From Octopus sinensis (Eukaryota), in NCBI RefSeq assembly GCF_006345805.1, contig NC_043006.1, forward strand, positions 99,138,001 to 99,202,000: a stretch of DNA of 64,000 bases, written 5' to 3'. The first letter of the stretch is position 1. Every line of letters starts with the position of its first letter. A program made the position numbers and the translations under genes. Of the stretch, positions 13,700 through 26,191 are shown in pieces. The notes under the pieces are model-generated. The model made no database searches, was not told the DNA's origin, and saw only the letters and a program-made list of their open reading frames with translations.

Positions 13700-14616
13700 G
13701 GTGCATGCGAGTGCAACTATGTGTGTGCCTATTTGCAATTTATACATTATCTAGCTTTAAACAATAGCATGTGTTTTGATATGAGCATCCAGACAGAATA
13801 TCATATAACTATCGTAAAGTAGTGTTAGTTGAATATTTTTACATGAAATAGGTATGATAACGTCGCATAAGTATTTCAGTGCAAAAATTAATCAAATGTT
13901 GTTTCTAAATTGTGCAAGTAGCATGCGTTGTATGCAAAAAACCCGTTGGCAGTTTGCATTACTTCTGAAAATAGCTATAATTGAATGTGCTTTAAATAAG
14001 GCATGGAACATACTTTCATTATCATGTTACGGTAAACGTTGAATCTTTTACACTTGCTATATTACGTGTTTACAAATTAATACTTTATTTACAATTTCTT
14101 ACATTTTCATAATTGATATATTTTTACTTGTGTTTCCACTGCCTTGAAATATAGGCCCCAATGATCAATCGAAAATTTTGTTGCGAATGAAGGCAGAAAT
14201 TTGGTCGTAAGTAACTTGCCTTTATTAGCAAAGTACGTGCACATCTACGAATGAACCATCGCTCAAATGCCCTGTTGATCAACCAAGTAAATGCACAATA
14301 TTCTAGAATTTATTTTTCGTAATATTTTATTGTTGAATTATATTAGGCAAATATTGGATTCCATCTAGAAAATCTTCCGTAAACATATTAGCTTCCTTTG
14401 TGCGTTGATTCTAATAAAGATGTACGTGCGGTCGACGCTCAACCTAGAAAATATATACACAGTCAGGCTTTCTTTGAAAAGATTTAGTACCGTATCGTTT
14501 TTTTTCTAAGAGGACTACAATTCTTATGTTTAATCCTTCAGTATCTCTAGTGCGAGGAACATTGTGAATGAATATAAGACATATTAACTTGGAGACGCTC
14601 ATCATCCAGGTGATAG

Positions 14617-14807
14617 CGGTATTTCGTCTGCCGTTACGTTGTGAGATCAAATTCCGCCGAGGTCGACTTTGCCTTTCATCCTTTCGGGGTCGATAAATTA
14701 AGTACCAGTTACGCACTGGGGTCGATGTAATCGACTTAATACCTATGTCTGTCCTTGTTTGTCCCCTCTGTGTTTAGCCCCTTGTGGGTAATAAAGAAAT
14801 AGGTATT
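14617..14807 (+). mobile_element. SINE family B, 5'-truncated
   Basis: GGTATTTCGTCTGCCG...GAGATCAAATTCCGCCGAGGTCGACTTTGCCTTTCATCCTTTCGGGGTCGATAAA...AAAGAAATA. Confidence 0.85.
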
Positions 14808-14825
14808 CACATAGGTAAATATATG

Positions 14826-15052
14826 TTTCTTTATTACCCACAAGGGGCCAAACATAGAGGGGACAAACAAGGACAGACAAACGGATTAAGGCGATTACAT
14901 CGATCCCAGTGCTTAACTGGTACTTAATTTATCGACCCCGAAAGGATGAAAGGCAAAGTCAACCTAGGCGGAATTTGAACACAGAAGGTAACGGCAGACG
15001 AAATACGGATACTCATTTCGCCCGGCGTGCTAACGTTCCTGCCAGCTCGTTG
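14826..15052 (-). mobile_element. SINE family B, near full length, tail-to-tail with the previous copy
   Basis: Reverse complement of the same family, including the GAGCTGGCAGGAACGTTAGC head. Confidence 0.85.
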
Positions 15053-15209
15053 GTTGAATCTGGAAGAAAGCGAGTATGACAACTGGTAGTTATTTATCGC
15101 TCTCTATATGACGAAAGACAAATTGACTAAGTGTGAGGTAAAATTGAAAGAATTAACTCGGAAAACCCACGGGAAATAATTCTAATGGTCTCAGAATTAT
15201 GCCGATTGT

Positions 15210-15390
15210 CATATATTATATTATATTATATTATATCATATTGAATATCGTATTATTTTATATTATATTATAATATATTATATTGTATTATATTAGATAT
15301 CGTATTATATTATAATATATCATATTATATTTCATATATTATTTCATATTGGGTATATTATATTAGATTAGATATATTTTATTAGAATTA
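15210..15390. repeat. degenerate (TATTA)n low-complexity tract
   Basis: Repeated tatta/ttata units. Confidence 0.8.
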
Positions 15391-16580
15391 AATAAAACAC
15401 AATAATGTTAATATATGATTGCACATATCCCAAGATTCCTAATTAATTTTGTATACACGTTATTAATGTATGAAGTTAAAATGATAGACATGTGAAAGAG
15501 GAAAACGTTAAGTTGGTATTAATTCCTCCTCTACTCTTTTTACCACCAACGACATTACGTTCTCATTCATTTGCTTACTTTTTCATAGAAGTATATTAAT
15601 ATCACATGAGCTTTATAAGACATTGATTGATGTGTTGGCATAACTATTATAAGTCAATATGTATGCAAAGACAATTAAGTTACACTTTCGCATGGATTAT
15701 ACTGCATTTAGTTTAATATATAGTACCAATTGTACTTTAAGTAAAATGTTGCACGGAAAGACGACTAAGGAGCACAAGGAAAGATGTGCACACACTCATG
15801 TGTGTGTGTGTGTGTCTGTGTGTGTGTGTATGTGCGTGTGTGTGTGTTTGTTTGTGTGTGTGTGTTTGTGTGTGTGTGTGAGAAATAATTTATTAAGTAA
15901 CCAGAAGATAGATTTGTTATTAACCTTTATTTTGCTCAACAGTTGTTTCGACCCATTCCGCTAATGTCCCTTATGAGTGCGACTCTGTTTAACATTTTGT
16001 GTTGCATCCATTTTGCAGTGTAGGTCACATCATTTACATCTCTACAAAATTAAGTTGTGTCTCGCTAAAGATCCTGAGTTTAGGCTGTCTTGTTATATGC
16101 CAGTCTGTTTAGGGAATGACACATTGGTACAATTTTCAATCACTATTATCTTCCCATAAGAATTGCAAACATTTGTATATTTAGACGAATAATTATTGAT
16201 GAAAAAAACTGTAGTGAATGGATGGAGAGGGATGAATTAAATTACATTGGTTTTAAAACAAAGGAATGGTACTAGAAAAAGGAAAAGGAAGATATGTATG
16301 CAGGGTGAAATGTTTAGAGAGGGAAGGGTTGTTTAGCTCGGTAGCTTAAATCGAGACGCGTAAACAGAAATTCGCACACGCCCTCGTCCATTGATACATT
16401 AATACAATGTGACGTTAGCTCAACCGCACATATGGTCACATTCGGCCCTAGTTCGTATAATTTATGGTTGGAAGATAACCTCACTAGAAGCCTGGTGAGG
16501 CCTTTCATTTATATGACAGAACTGAAGCAAGTCATGAACAATGGAAACCGACACTGGTATTTGCTGTATGTGTAGTATAC

Positions 16581-16643
<63 letters not shown>

Positions 16644-16645
<2 letters not shown>

Positions 16646-18390
16646 CTATTGTGTATCTAGTACACTCTTCGCCTTGAATGTAATGATATATGTATAATTA
16701 TGGCGTGTACTGGTACACCGGCGATTATAATTAATTTTATTGTATCGCATTTATCTTTGTTTACATATTCTCTCGATAAATTTCTGACCGTTAGACGATA
16801 TACCCCAATCCCCTATTTTGTCGGGTTTGTTCGGAGTCTGCGCAGTGTTTTGAATAGTTTAGAAAGAGGCATTTCGATAGACGCACATGGATCTATTGGT
16901 ATGGTCTTTCCATCGTTAACAGGAATCTTACTGAAGAGCCAGCCTGAGTAAATAAATACTATTTTTATTACTGAATTTGGCGAAACTGCAGTATAAGAAA
17001 AGTTAAGTTTGTAAAAGTTTTTAATTCTCTCTCACTAAATTTATCCAGCTATTGGGTAATCTAGTACACTCTTCGCCTTGAATGTAATGATATATGTATA
17101 ATATATGGCGTGTACTGACACCGGCGATTATAATTAATTTTATTGTATCGCATTTAATCTTTGTTTACATATTCTCTCGATAAATTTCGGGACCGTTAGA
17201 CGATATACCACAATCCCCTATTTTGTCGGGTTTGTTCGGAGTCTGCGCAGTTTTTGAATAGTTTAGAAAGAGCATTTCGATAGACGCACATGGATCTATG
17301 GTATGGTCTTTCCATCGTTAACAGAATCTTACTGAAGAGCCAGCCTGAGTAAATAAATACTATTTTTATTACTGATTTGGGCGAAACTGCAGTATAAGAA
17401 AAGTTAAGTTTGTTAAAAGTTTTTAATTCTCATCTCACTAAATTTATCCAGCTATTGTGTATCTAGTACACTCTTCGCCTTGAATGTAATGATATATGTA
17501 TATATATGGCGTGTACTGGTACACCGGCGATTATAATTAATTTTATTGTATCGCATTTATCTTTGTTTACATATTCTCTCGATAATTTTCTGACCGTTAG
17601 ACGATATACCACAATCCCCTATTTTGTCGGTTTTGTTCGGAGTCTGCGCAGTGTTTTGAATAGTTTAGAAAGAGCATTTCGATAGACGCACATGGATCTA
17701 TTGGTATGGTCTTCCATCGTTAACAGGAATCTTACTGAAGAGCCAGCCTGAGTAAATAAATACTATTTTTATTACTGAATTTGGCGAAACTGCAGTATAA
17801 GAAAAGTTAAGTTTGTAAAAGTTTTTAATTCTCATCTCACTAAATTATCCAGCTATTGTGTATCTAGTACACTCTTCGCCTTGAATGTAATGATATATGT
17901 ATAATATATGGCGTGTACTGGTACACCGGCGATTTAATTAATTTTATTGTATCGCATTTATTCTTTGTACTTACATATTATTCTCCGATAAATTTCTGAC
18001 CCTTTAACGAATTACCCATCCTCCACTATCTTTTGTTCGGGTTTGTTCGTAGAAGGCGGCGCAGTGTTTTGGAATAGTTTCTTGAGAAAGAGCATTTCGA
18101 TTAGACGCACATGGATCTTGGTATGGTCTTTCCATCGTTAACAGGAATCTTACTGAAGAGCCAGCCTGAGTAAATAAATACTATTTTTATTACTGAATTT
18201 GGCGAAACTGCAGTATAAGAAAAGTTAAGTTTGTAAAAGTTTTTAATTCTCATCTCAACTAAATTTATCCAGCTATTGTGTATCTAGTACACTCTTCGCC
18301 TTGAATGTAATGATATATGTATAATATATGGCGTGTACTGGTACACCGGCGATTATATTAATTTTATTGTATCGCATTTATCTTTGTTTA
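16644..18390 (+). repeat. tandem array of about 4.3 copies of a 403-bp unit, each full unit with a hammerhead (retrozyme-like)
   Basis: Unit starts (AGCTATT) at 16644, 17047, 17450, 17851 and 18271; (TA)n on both flanks. Confidence 0.95.
16916..17006 (+). ncRNA. canonical type I hammerhead ribozyme (repeated with CTGAAGA at 17332, 17735 and 18153)
   Basis: TTAAC AGGAA TCTTA CTGAAGA GCCA...TGGC GAAA CTGCAG TA TAAGA AAA GTTAA. All core bases are present; stem I is 5+5 bp with an internal loop; predicted GUA cleavage after 16993. Confidence 0.92.
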
Positions 18391-18690
18391 TATATATATA
18401 GATATATATATATAATATAATATATATATATACATATAAATATATATATATATTCAACAATATATATAGGGTAAATGTTTTTAATTTTCCTTTGATTTCT
18501 GAATTACTACTATTTAGCGGTTTGAGTTTAGCTGCTCGTTTTAGTGAGTTGAATGGCCTATTAAGGCCATTCCTTAATATTATTCTTGAATGTATATTAT
18601 ATAGTCTTTTGACTATTTTTTTCTTTCTCACTAGACCGCTGGTGGCGAAAAAAAATTCTATTGAATTTTTTGCTACCCTTATATTGATTA

Positions 18691-18745
<55 letters not shown>

Positions 18746-18780
18746 GTGTGTGTGTGTATGTATTTATATATATATATATA

Positions 18781-18816
<36 letters not shown>

Positions 18817-19179
18817 GTATATATAGATGATAGAGAGAGGCACAGAGAGAGAGGGGAGAGAGAGAGAGAGAAAGAAAGAACGAAAGGGTATGAAAGGGAT
18901 AAGCAACTTTCTGAGTTCAAATCTTGGTGAAGGTAACATTTTATATATTCGGAATCATTAAAAAAAAATAGGGGGAAGTAAAATCCTTCAAGGCGATGTC
19001 TATCCAAATCACTAAGAGCTTTGGATAAATGATCTTAATTCACACACCAAATAATATTTCACATTGTTTTACCACAATATTTTAATGACTCAATACAGAG
19101 ACAATCTGTGATTACACACAAGTAAACTCTTCAAACAACGGACAACCACTGAAGAAAAAAAGAAGAGAATACTTATACT

Positions 19180-19690
19180 TCGGAAACTGTAATCCTAAAA
19201 TAATGTGATGAAGCATTTTTAGAATAGGTTTTCTTCGTGAGAATTGACCCGTTGCTCAACGAAAGCAGATGTGCAAGATTTACCATATCACTCAGTTAAA
19301 TTCGGCAATTTCATAAGCTTCATATACCCCTCTGAGTTGAGCCTAAAGCTGTCTTCAAAGATGTGGGAGAATGGACGCAGACAAAACGCATGGTCAGGTT
19401 CTTCACGCTGGTCATGTTTCCATTGTCTCATCTTGCAGTTTTGTACATCATGGATTAAGGCCTTCAGAATATTAATAGACTATTGATGAGACGTCATGAG
19501 GCTGTCATATTGATACCAGGCGCGGAACATCATGATAGAGGTAACTTTTGTTTCACTATTCAGATGGCTTTTTCGTTTCCATGTCAGCTAACTTTTTTCT
19601 TTTGAACACCGTTTACTGTTCCCCAATACATGATGCTGTTCCAGAAAACAGAAGACATAAATTCCTGAAACATAGTACGAGCCCCTCTAT
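19180..19690 (-). pseudogene. IS630-Tc1-mariner transposase remnant
   Basis: The minus strand reads HIFEDSFRLNSEGYMKLM, resembling the PxIF..GLRLNSDGY segment of such transposases. Confidence 0.5.
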
Positions 19691-20070
19691 ATACCTATAT
19701 ACATACTGATACGCTAAAACGCATTTCATCCTTTCCTCTACTTATAGATTCAAAATTTTCCTCTAGTTATTTGCTTGGATTTTACTTGGTATTTAATTGA
19801 AATATCAATGAAATATTTAATTGAATATTTGGCTGAAATCTGACTGATAATGAGTTGATCGTAGTTTACGATATTACACAATGGCATGTATTACTCCTTA
19901 TTAAATATGTAAAACCATAATATTACTTAGGAATCAGACCTCCCTTGAACTGATTATGTGTGACCTACATTGCTTATGGAATTATGGATAGATTTCAATA
20001 TTAGCAAGTATGAGTGTGTATGTATATTTGTTTATAGTTGAATATTATTTTATTCATATGTTGGATACCC

Positions 20071-20522
20071 TTTTACTCTTTTACTTGTTTCAGTCACTTG
20101 AATGCAACCATGCTGGAGCATCGCATTTAGTCGAGCAAATTGACCCCAGGACTTATTTTTTGGAAGACTAGTACTTATTCTATCGGTCTCCATTGCCGAA
20201 CAACTAAGTTACAGGGACGTACACACACCACTATATGTTGTCAAGCGATGTTGGGGAGGACAAACACAGATACACAAAACACACACACACACACACACAC
20301 AACACACACACATGTATGTGTATATATATAATATATATATATATATACATATATATATACGACGGTCTTCTTTCAATTTCCGCCTACCAAATCCACTCAC
20401 AATGGTTTAGTCGGCCCGAGAGTATAGTAGAAGACAGTTGCCCAAGGTTCCACGCAGTGGGAATGAACCCAGAACCATGTGGTTGGCAACGCAAGCTACT
20501 TACCACACAGCCACTCTTGCGC
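20071..20522 (-). mobile_element. SINE family A, full length
   Basis: Head GCGCAAGAGTGGCTGTGTGGTAAGTAGC, internal TA/CA microsatellite, AGTAAAAG tail. Confidence 0.88.
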
Positions 20523-21483
20523 ATATTTCATCTGGATGTATAGATGATATATAGTAAAAATTATTAATATCCGTAATACGTCTTCTGGTTTTGTTTTTCG
20601 TTTTTCTAGCAAATAATCAGATGGCATACATCTGTTTCGTATCAAAGAAACTGTAATAAATCACTATGTGGAATGAATACACCTTCGAGTGTCTGGGTAA
20701 GTGCACAAGAATATCTTTATGCAATAACATCGAAGTCTAATGAAAGAACGTTCCGTTCAACAGGCCTACTCAATAAAAACGTTTCCTGTGATAAATGTCC
20801 TACATCAGGTCGGGCGATTACCCGTTCAATCAAATACATGTAATTGAATCTCACTGTTAATGATATTTTTTTCTTTTCCAGTAGAGTGATGGTTTGAGAA
20901 ATATAGAAAGGAAATTTATATATATATTTATTTATATATATATATATATTATATATATTATATATATATATATATATATATTATATTATATTATATTTTA
21001 TTATATTATATTATATTATATGTGTATGTATGTTTGGTGAGTGAGTGCGTTTTATTATACAGTGTTTCAAGTGGTGTACAGATAATGCATATTCAGAAAA
21101 AGGAGGCAGTCAGAATTTTGGATAATCGTTTATAGCGCTTTCCTTCGTTTTGGAACTCCTCGTGAAAAAATCAAAATCACAATAGTAAAAACAGAACGTT
21201 TTGTTGTTCATTTATATGAATCGGATTATTAATTTTTTTTTTAGAAGAGGTGAATATTGTCTTACATTTTTCTCCGTTCTGGCAGCATTCACCAACATTA
21301 CAAATATTACAGCAGATTCCGAAGTAGTCTGGAGGCAGTGTTTGGAGCCAATGGCGATTTAATTGAATAAATGTACTGTTTAGTATTTCAAAATATTTTA
21401 ATAATATTTTGGTAATCGTATATGTTCATATGAGATGTCAATGCTTTTATTTTTGCGTGATTTACATGACAGTTTATTCACTG

Positions 21484-21538
<55 letters not shown>

Positions 21539-21571
21539 TGTGTGTGTGTGTGTCTGTGTTTGCGTATTATT

Positions 21572-21903
21572 TTAGTTCTTTCAGTCATTTGATTGCGGCC
21601 ATGCTGGAGCAACATCTTTAGTCGAACAAACCGACGCCACGACTTATTCTTTGTAAGCCTAATACTTATCCCATCGATCTCCTTGGTAGAACCACTAAGT
21701 TACGGAGACGTAAGCACACCAAAATCGGTTGTCAAGTGATGGTAGTGTGACAAACACCGACACACAAACACACACACATTTATATATACATATATATAAT
21801 ATAAGGACAGACAATTATTAATTTTAAGAAACCAACAATTATTTAAGGGTAGATTTCAGTATGTAAATATAACCATTATCTGTAGGAACTTAAAAAAAAA
21901 AGT

Positions 21904-21941
<38 letters not shown>

Positions 21942-22016
21942 AATAGAAATAAACAGTCTTTGACTGCTATTTCTGATTTTCGGTATGTGGCTAAGCAACC
22001 TGTTGCTTGCCTCTCT

Positions 22017-22086
<70 letters not shown>

Positions 22087-22237
22087 GATGGGCTTCTTTC
22101 AGTTCTGTCAAACAAATCCACTCACAACGCTTTGGTCGGCCCCTGATTATAGTTAGAGACAGGGTGCCACGCAGTGGGACTGAACCCAGAGCCATGTGGT
22201 TGGTAAGCTAGCTTCTAACAACACATCCACTCCTGTG

Positions 22238-22240
<3 letters not shown>
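21572..22240 (-). mobile_element. SINE family A split by about 300 bp of foreign sequence
   Basis: The 3' half is at 21572-21790 and the 5' half at 22084-22240; the gap falls in the internal (TA)n. Confidence 0.75.
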
Positions 22241-22277
<37 letters not shown>

Positions 22278-24695
22278 TATAATCAAAATAAGCAACAAGC
22301 ATATCCGTAGGTAATGCAGTACGATCATTTCATGCAACTCCATTTAATTGAACAATACTAATATTACATCGATTTTGAAATGTAGAGCAATCTTCAGTTA
22401 AATTCGAAGGATTCTCTTGTATAGTTTTCCTACTATCCAAAATCACAGAGGACAAGTAGACGGACAAAGAACATGTTTCATCAACAACGTCATAGTTGTA
22501 ACTGATATTTTTCACAAGAAGACACTGTTCATCATTGATTTTATTTTGTTATTCATATATACTAATGATGGTGGTTTAGTTTTAATTTATAGACTAGTTT
22601 ATCAAGTCTAATAGAAACTAGAATCTATATTTTATAGATAGAGTATAACCGACAGTTCAAGTGGCAGAGTCATAAATTAAGATTTCTTTGAAGTAAAACC
22701 ATTTTGGTTCAGTAAGAATATATTTCAGCCAAATTTGCAGACTAAAGCTGATTGGGTAGGGAGAGTAAAACTTAACTATTTGAGTAATACTTAACTATTT
22801 GACAACCATAAACCCAGTGTTATTTTGATATACGTAGGTACATTTTAGAGAACTTGTTCCACACACAAAAAAAGAATAATACTTCAGAATATTTTCAGTA
22901 TTTTACACAATAGAGGGATGGGGAATATAGAAATAATTACATATTTATATATTTCTATATTAATTTAAATATGTTTAAAATTTATATATTTTATATATGG
23001 TAATAATTTTAGAGCATATTTCTTGTATTATAGAATAAATAGTGAAATATGCCAAACAGTTTTATATAGGTTGGGTATGAAATTTATAGAAATATATTAT
23101 AAATAACATTATATAGTGAGTAAATAATTAAGAAAATTGGTTTAAAATTTAAAAGAAATGTAAATGAATATAATGATAAATAAATATAAATCCCTGTAGA
23201 ATGTTATAGACAAGGGGTTGAAGAGATTAGTGTTCTAAAAACTTATTATAAGATATACCTAGGTTATTTATATTAATAGGTAGGTTAGTTGCTAGAAGAA
23301 ATTAATTATAATTCTATAAGTTTTAGACTAAATTTTATATTTGCTTATCATGGGAATATCTATAAATGACTAGTGTTTGATACCGGGTAAAGAGATGATC
23401 AAATTCGTGGGCAAAAATTATATTATTAACAAAAATGTTATAAAATTATTTGATTTATTATAGATGTAAGAAAATGCTATTATTATTCCTTATATTATAA
23501 TTTATAATTATTAATTGGTACGTATAAAATGTTATTTACTTATTTATTTATAACTTATTTTTATAAAGTTCTTTAATACATACAAAGGTTATTAGGGTAG
23601 AGTTGTTTTAGAGAAATAGAAACCAAGTAACCTAGATATTGTTATCTATTTTTATCAGGTTTTAGATATTAATTAAGGGGATTCTGAAATCCTTTTTAGA
23701 AGAGATTCCCAGTAAATAAGGCTTTAATTGACTCACATACAAAAAATCCTTACAATACAATGGAAGGAAGGTAACCAAAATGTAATTTTAGAAAATGAAA
23801 TAGAATTATTTATTTATATGGAAATCTTATATTTTATATTAAGAGTAAAGTATGGTTATATGGGGTATAATAATTTAGGCTGATTAAAGGTATTATTTAT
23901 AATATCGAAAAGGATTAGATGGAGTAGAAGTCTCGTAGAAATAAATGTGAAAATTACCAAATCTTTTAAAACTTAATAGGGAGTAAGTATACAACTTAAT
24001 AACTTCATTAGATATATAGAATTTATGTAATAATTTTAAAATTTATATATAGGTATGCATATAAGTATATACGTATGTATACATATGAATATATATATAT
24101 ATATATATATATATACGCATGCGTATGCGTGTGTGTGTATATATATGTGTGTATATGTATATATGATTGCAGTTTAGAAGTTTTATATTGCGAATTATAA
24201 TGATATATACAGGTTTGGCATTTATGAAAATGAAAAAAACACACAATTGTTTGGTATTTACTTGTTGAATATGCAAAATATAGTAGTGGCTAATTGGCAA
24301 CTGAAATTTAATAGGACCTATAAGTAAACGACCGTAATCGAGATAAACCCAATAATTGCTAGTTGCGTATTACACATTTCTGTTTCTTGCTTTTAACTAT
24401 TTTTCTCGTTTTAGTATACGCTCAACAAGGATAAAATGACCAGAAGTAAAGCATGCATGTAATGCATTGAATAACCTGAATGGAAAAATAACAAAATAAA
24501 TGAAAGAAAAAAGGTATTCAGAATAATGGATGGTTGTAAAAATATATACTTATATACATATGACATATTATACGAAGAAATTATATGTGATATGTAAATA
24601 AATATATATTTTTACAACAATCCAGTATTCTGAAAAACCTTTTTCTTTCATATGTATTAAATCTGTACATCACCCCCAGTACTTCTAACATAAAT

Positions 24696-24808
<113 letters not shown>

Positions 24809-24959
24809 AAATATTTTTTTATTCAATACCTATTTTACAAGTGGAACTTTAAAATTTAGGCGCCCAACAGCCTTTCCACGAATTGTTTCTGCGTATCCCG
24901 TTATATTCTATTTTTGTCCTACGCTTATCTTAGACTGGCTGTTGAAATATCATGGATAA

Positions 24960-25414
24960 CAACTGATTGTCATACAAAATGCTTGCGGGTATACCAACCC
25001 GTGTTTACATTCTGACACCGAATTCCACCGCGGTTGATTTTGCCCGTCATTCTTTCGGGCTCAATGAAATATCTGCAAAGTTTTTCTCAGTTCTGCTGGT
25101 TGCAGGTCTCCCAGCACGTTGGAACCATTCGTACACTTGCGTGCAGCCCATACACACCTTTGCATACGCTTTCTGAGACGTTATATAGCCCTCTGAGCAG
25201 GTTTTGCCATGACAACTTTCTCTGTCTTGGTCAATGCAACAATCACACGCTACACATATTCCTTCCAAGTACTGCTGTAATCAGCGGAAGTGAGCTAGGA
25301 ATTTAAAACTGCACAGCAGAGTTCAATGTCAGTCTTTGTCAAGCGACTTCACTCTGCGTACTTTAGAGTCGTTACTATGGCATCAGTCCGTATACTTATT
25401 GATCAGACATCGTA
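24960..25414 (-). pseudogene. mariner left end and N-terminal transposase remnant
   Basis: CMGCTQVYEWFQR..GRPATSRTEKN; the terminus TATACTTATTGATCAGACATCGTA resembles 54640-54670 and 55615-55641. Confidence 0.7.
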
Positions 25415-25655
25415 AGTATATATATATACCAATACTTTTACAAGTTTTTGTCCTTATGTATATATGTGTGTATGTCTATGTTTCTGTGTGTGTGTGTGTA
25501 TGTGTGTGTGTGTGTGTGTGTGTTTGTGTGTGTAAGGACAAGTGTTTGTAAAAGTATAGGTCTATAGTCAGCTTACACAACTTTACGAAGGTTATAAACG
25601 GTAGAATATTGAAAAATTGAAAAGGCATGTGTAACGTTTTTGAAGACGTGACCTG

Positions 25656-26191
25656 CATATGTAGTACTCGGGTCTTCGAGGGAGGATGACCTCCCTTTGT
25701 AAATAACACAAGGGCACTGAGATAGTGTCTAAAGTCCTTCTGGTGACGTTGATCGCCTGGGGTTAAAAGCATCAGTAACACCCCCCCCCCAGTAGCTAGC
25801 CACATTCAGATGGCTAATACCCCTTACGTTGTCGAGCGGTTACTGTTTATATCTCGTTCAGAGATTTATTATTGTTTTCAGACTGTTTTTCTATATCAGT
25901 GACAGTGGTTACTGTGAAAAACGTTATATATTATTTGCAAGGGGACTCCTTCATAGAAGCCCGGTGCTTACCATGCGTTGACGAGAGGCAATTACCTTGA
26001 AACTATAGTCCGTATGTAGTACTCGGGTCTTCGAGAGAGGATGACCTCCCTTTGCAAATAACACAAGGGCACTGAGATAGTATCTAAAGTCCTTCTGTTG
26101 ACGTTGATCGCCTGGGGCTAAAAGCATCAGTAACACCCCCCCCCCCACCAGTGGATAGCCATATTCAGATGGCTAATACCCCTTACGTTGT
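25656..26191 (+). mobile_element. 1.5-mer of a 355-nt hammerhead-bearing unit (retrozyme or pLTR-like partial tandem)
   Basis: Direct repeats at 25656-25832 and 26011-26191, with an HHR at the start of the second repeat. Confidence 0.85.
25973..26015 (+). ncRNA. type I hammerhead with C3U
   Basis: ATGCG TTGACGA GAGG CAATTA CCTT GAAA CTATAG TC CGTAT. Stem III is the palindrome ACTATAGT; predicted GUC cleavage after 26010. Confidence 0.82.

Noticed and set aside
16700-16951. 83-aa ORF in the 403-bp array
   Set aside because: Present only in copy 1 and dependent on copy-specific indels.
23908-23920. AGGATTAGAT resembling mitochondrial 12S rRNA
   Set aside because: The match is only about 10 nt and the flanks do not continue the conserved motif.
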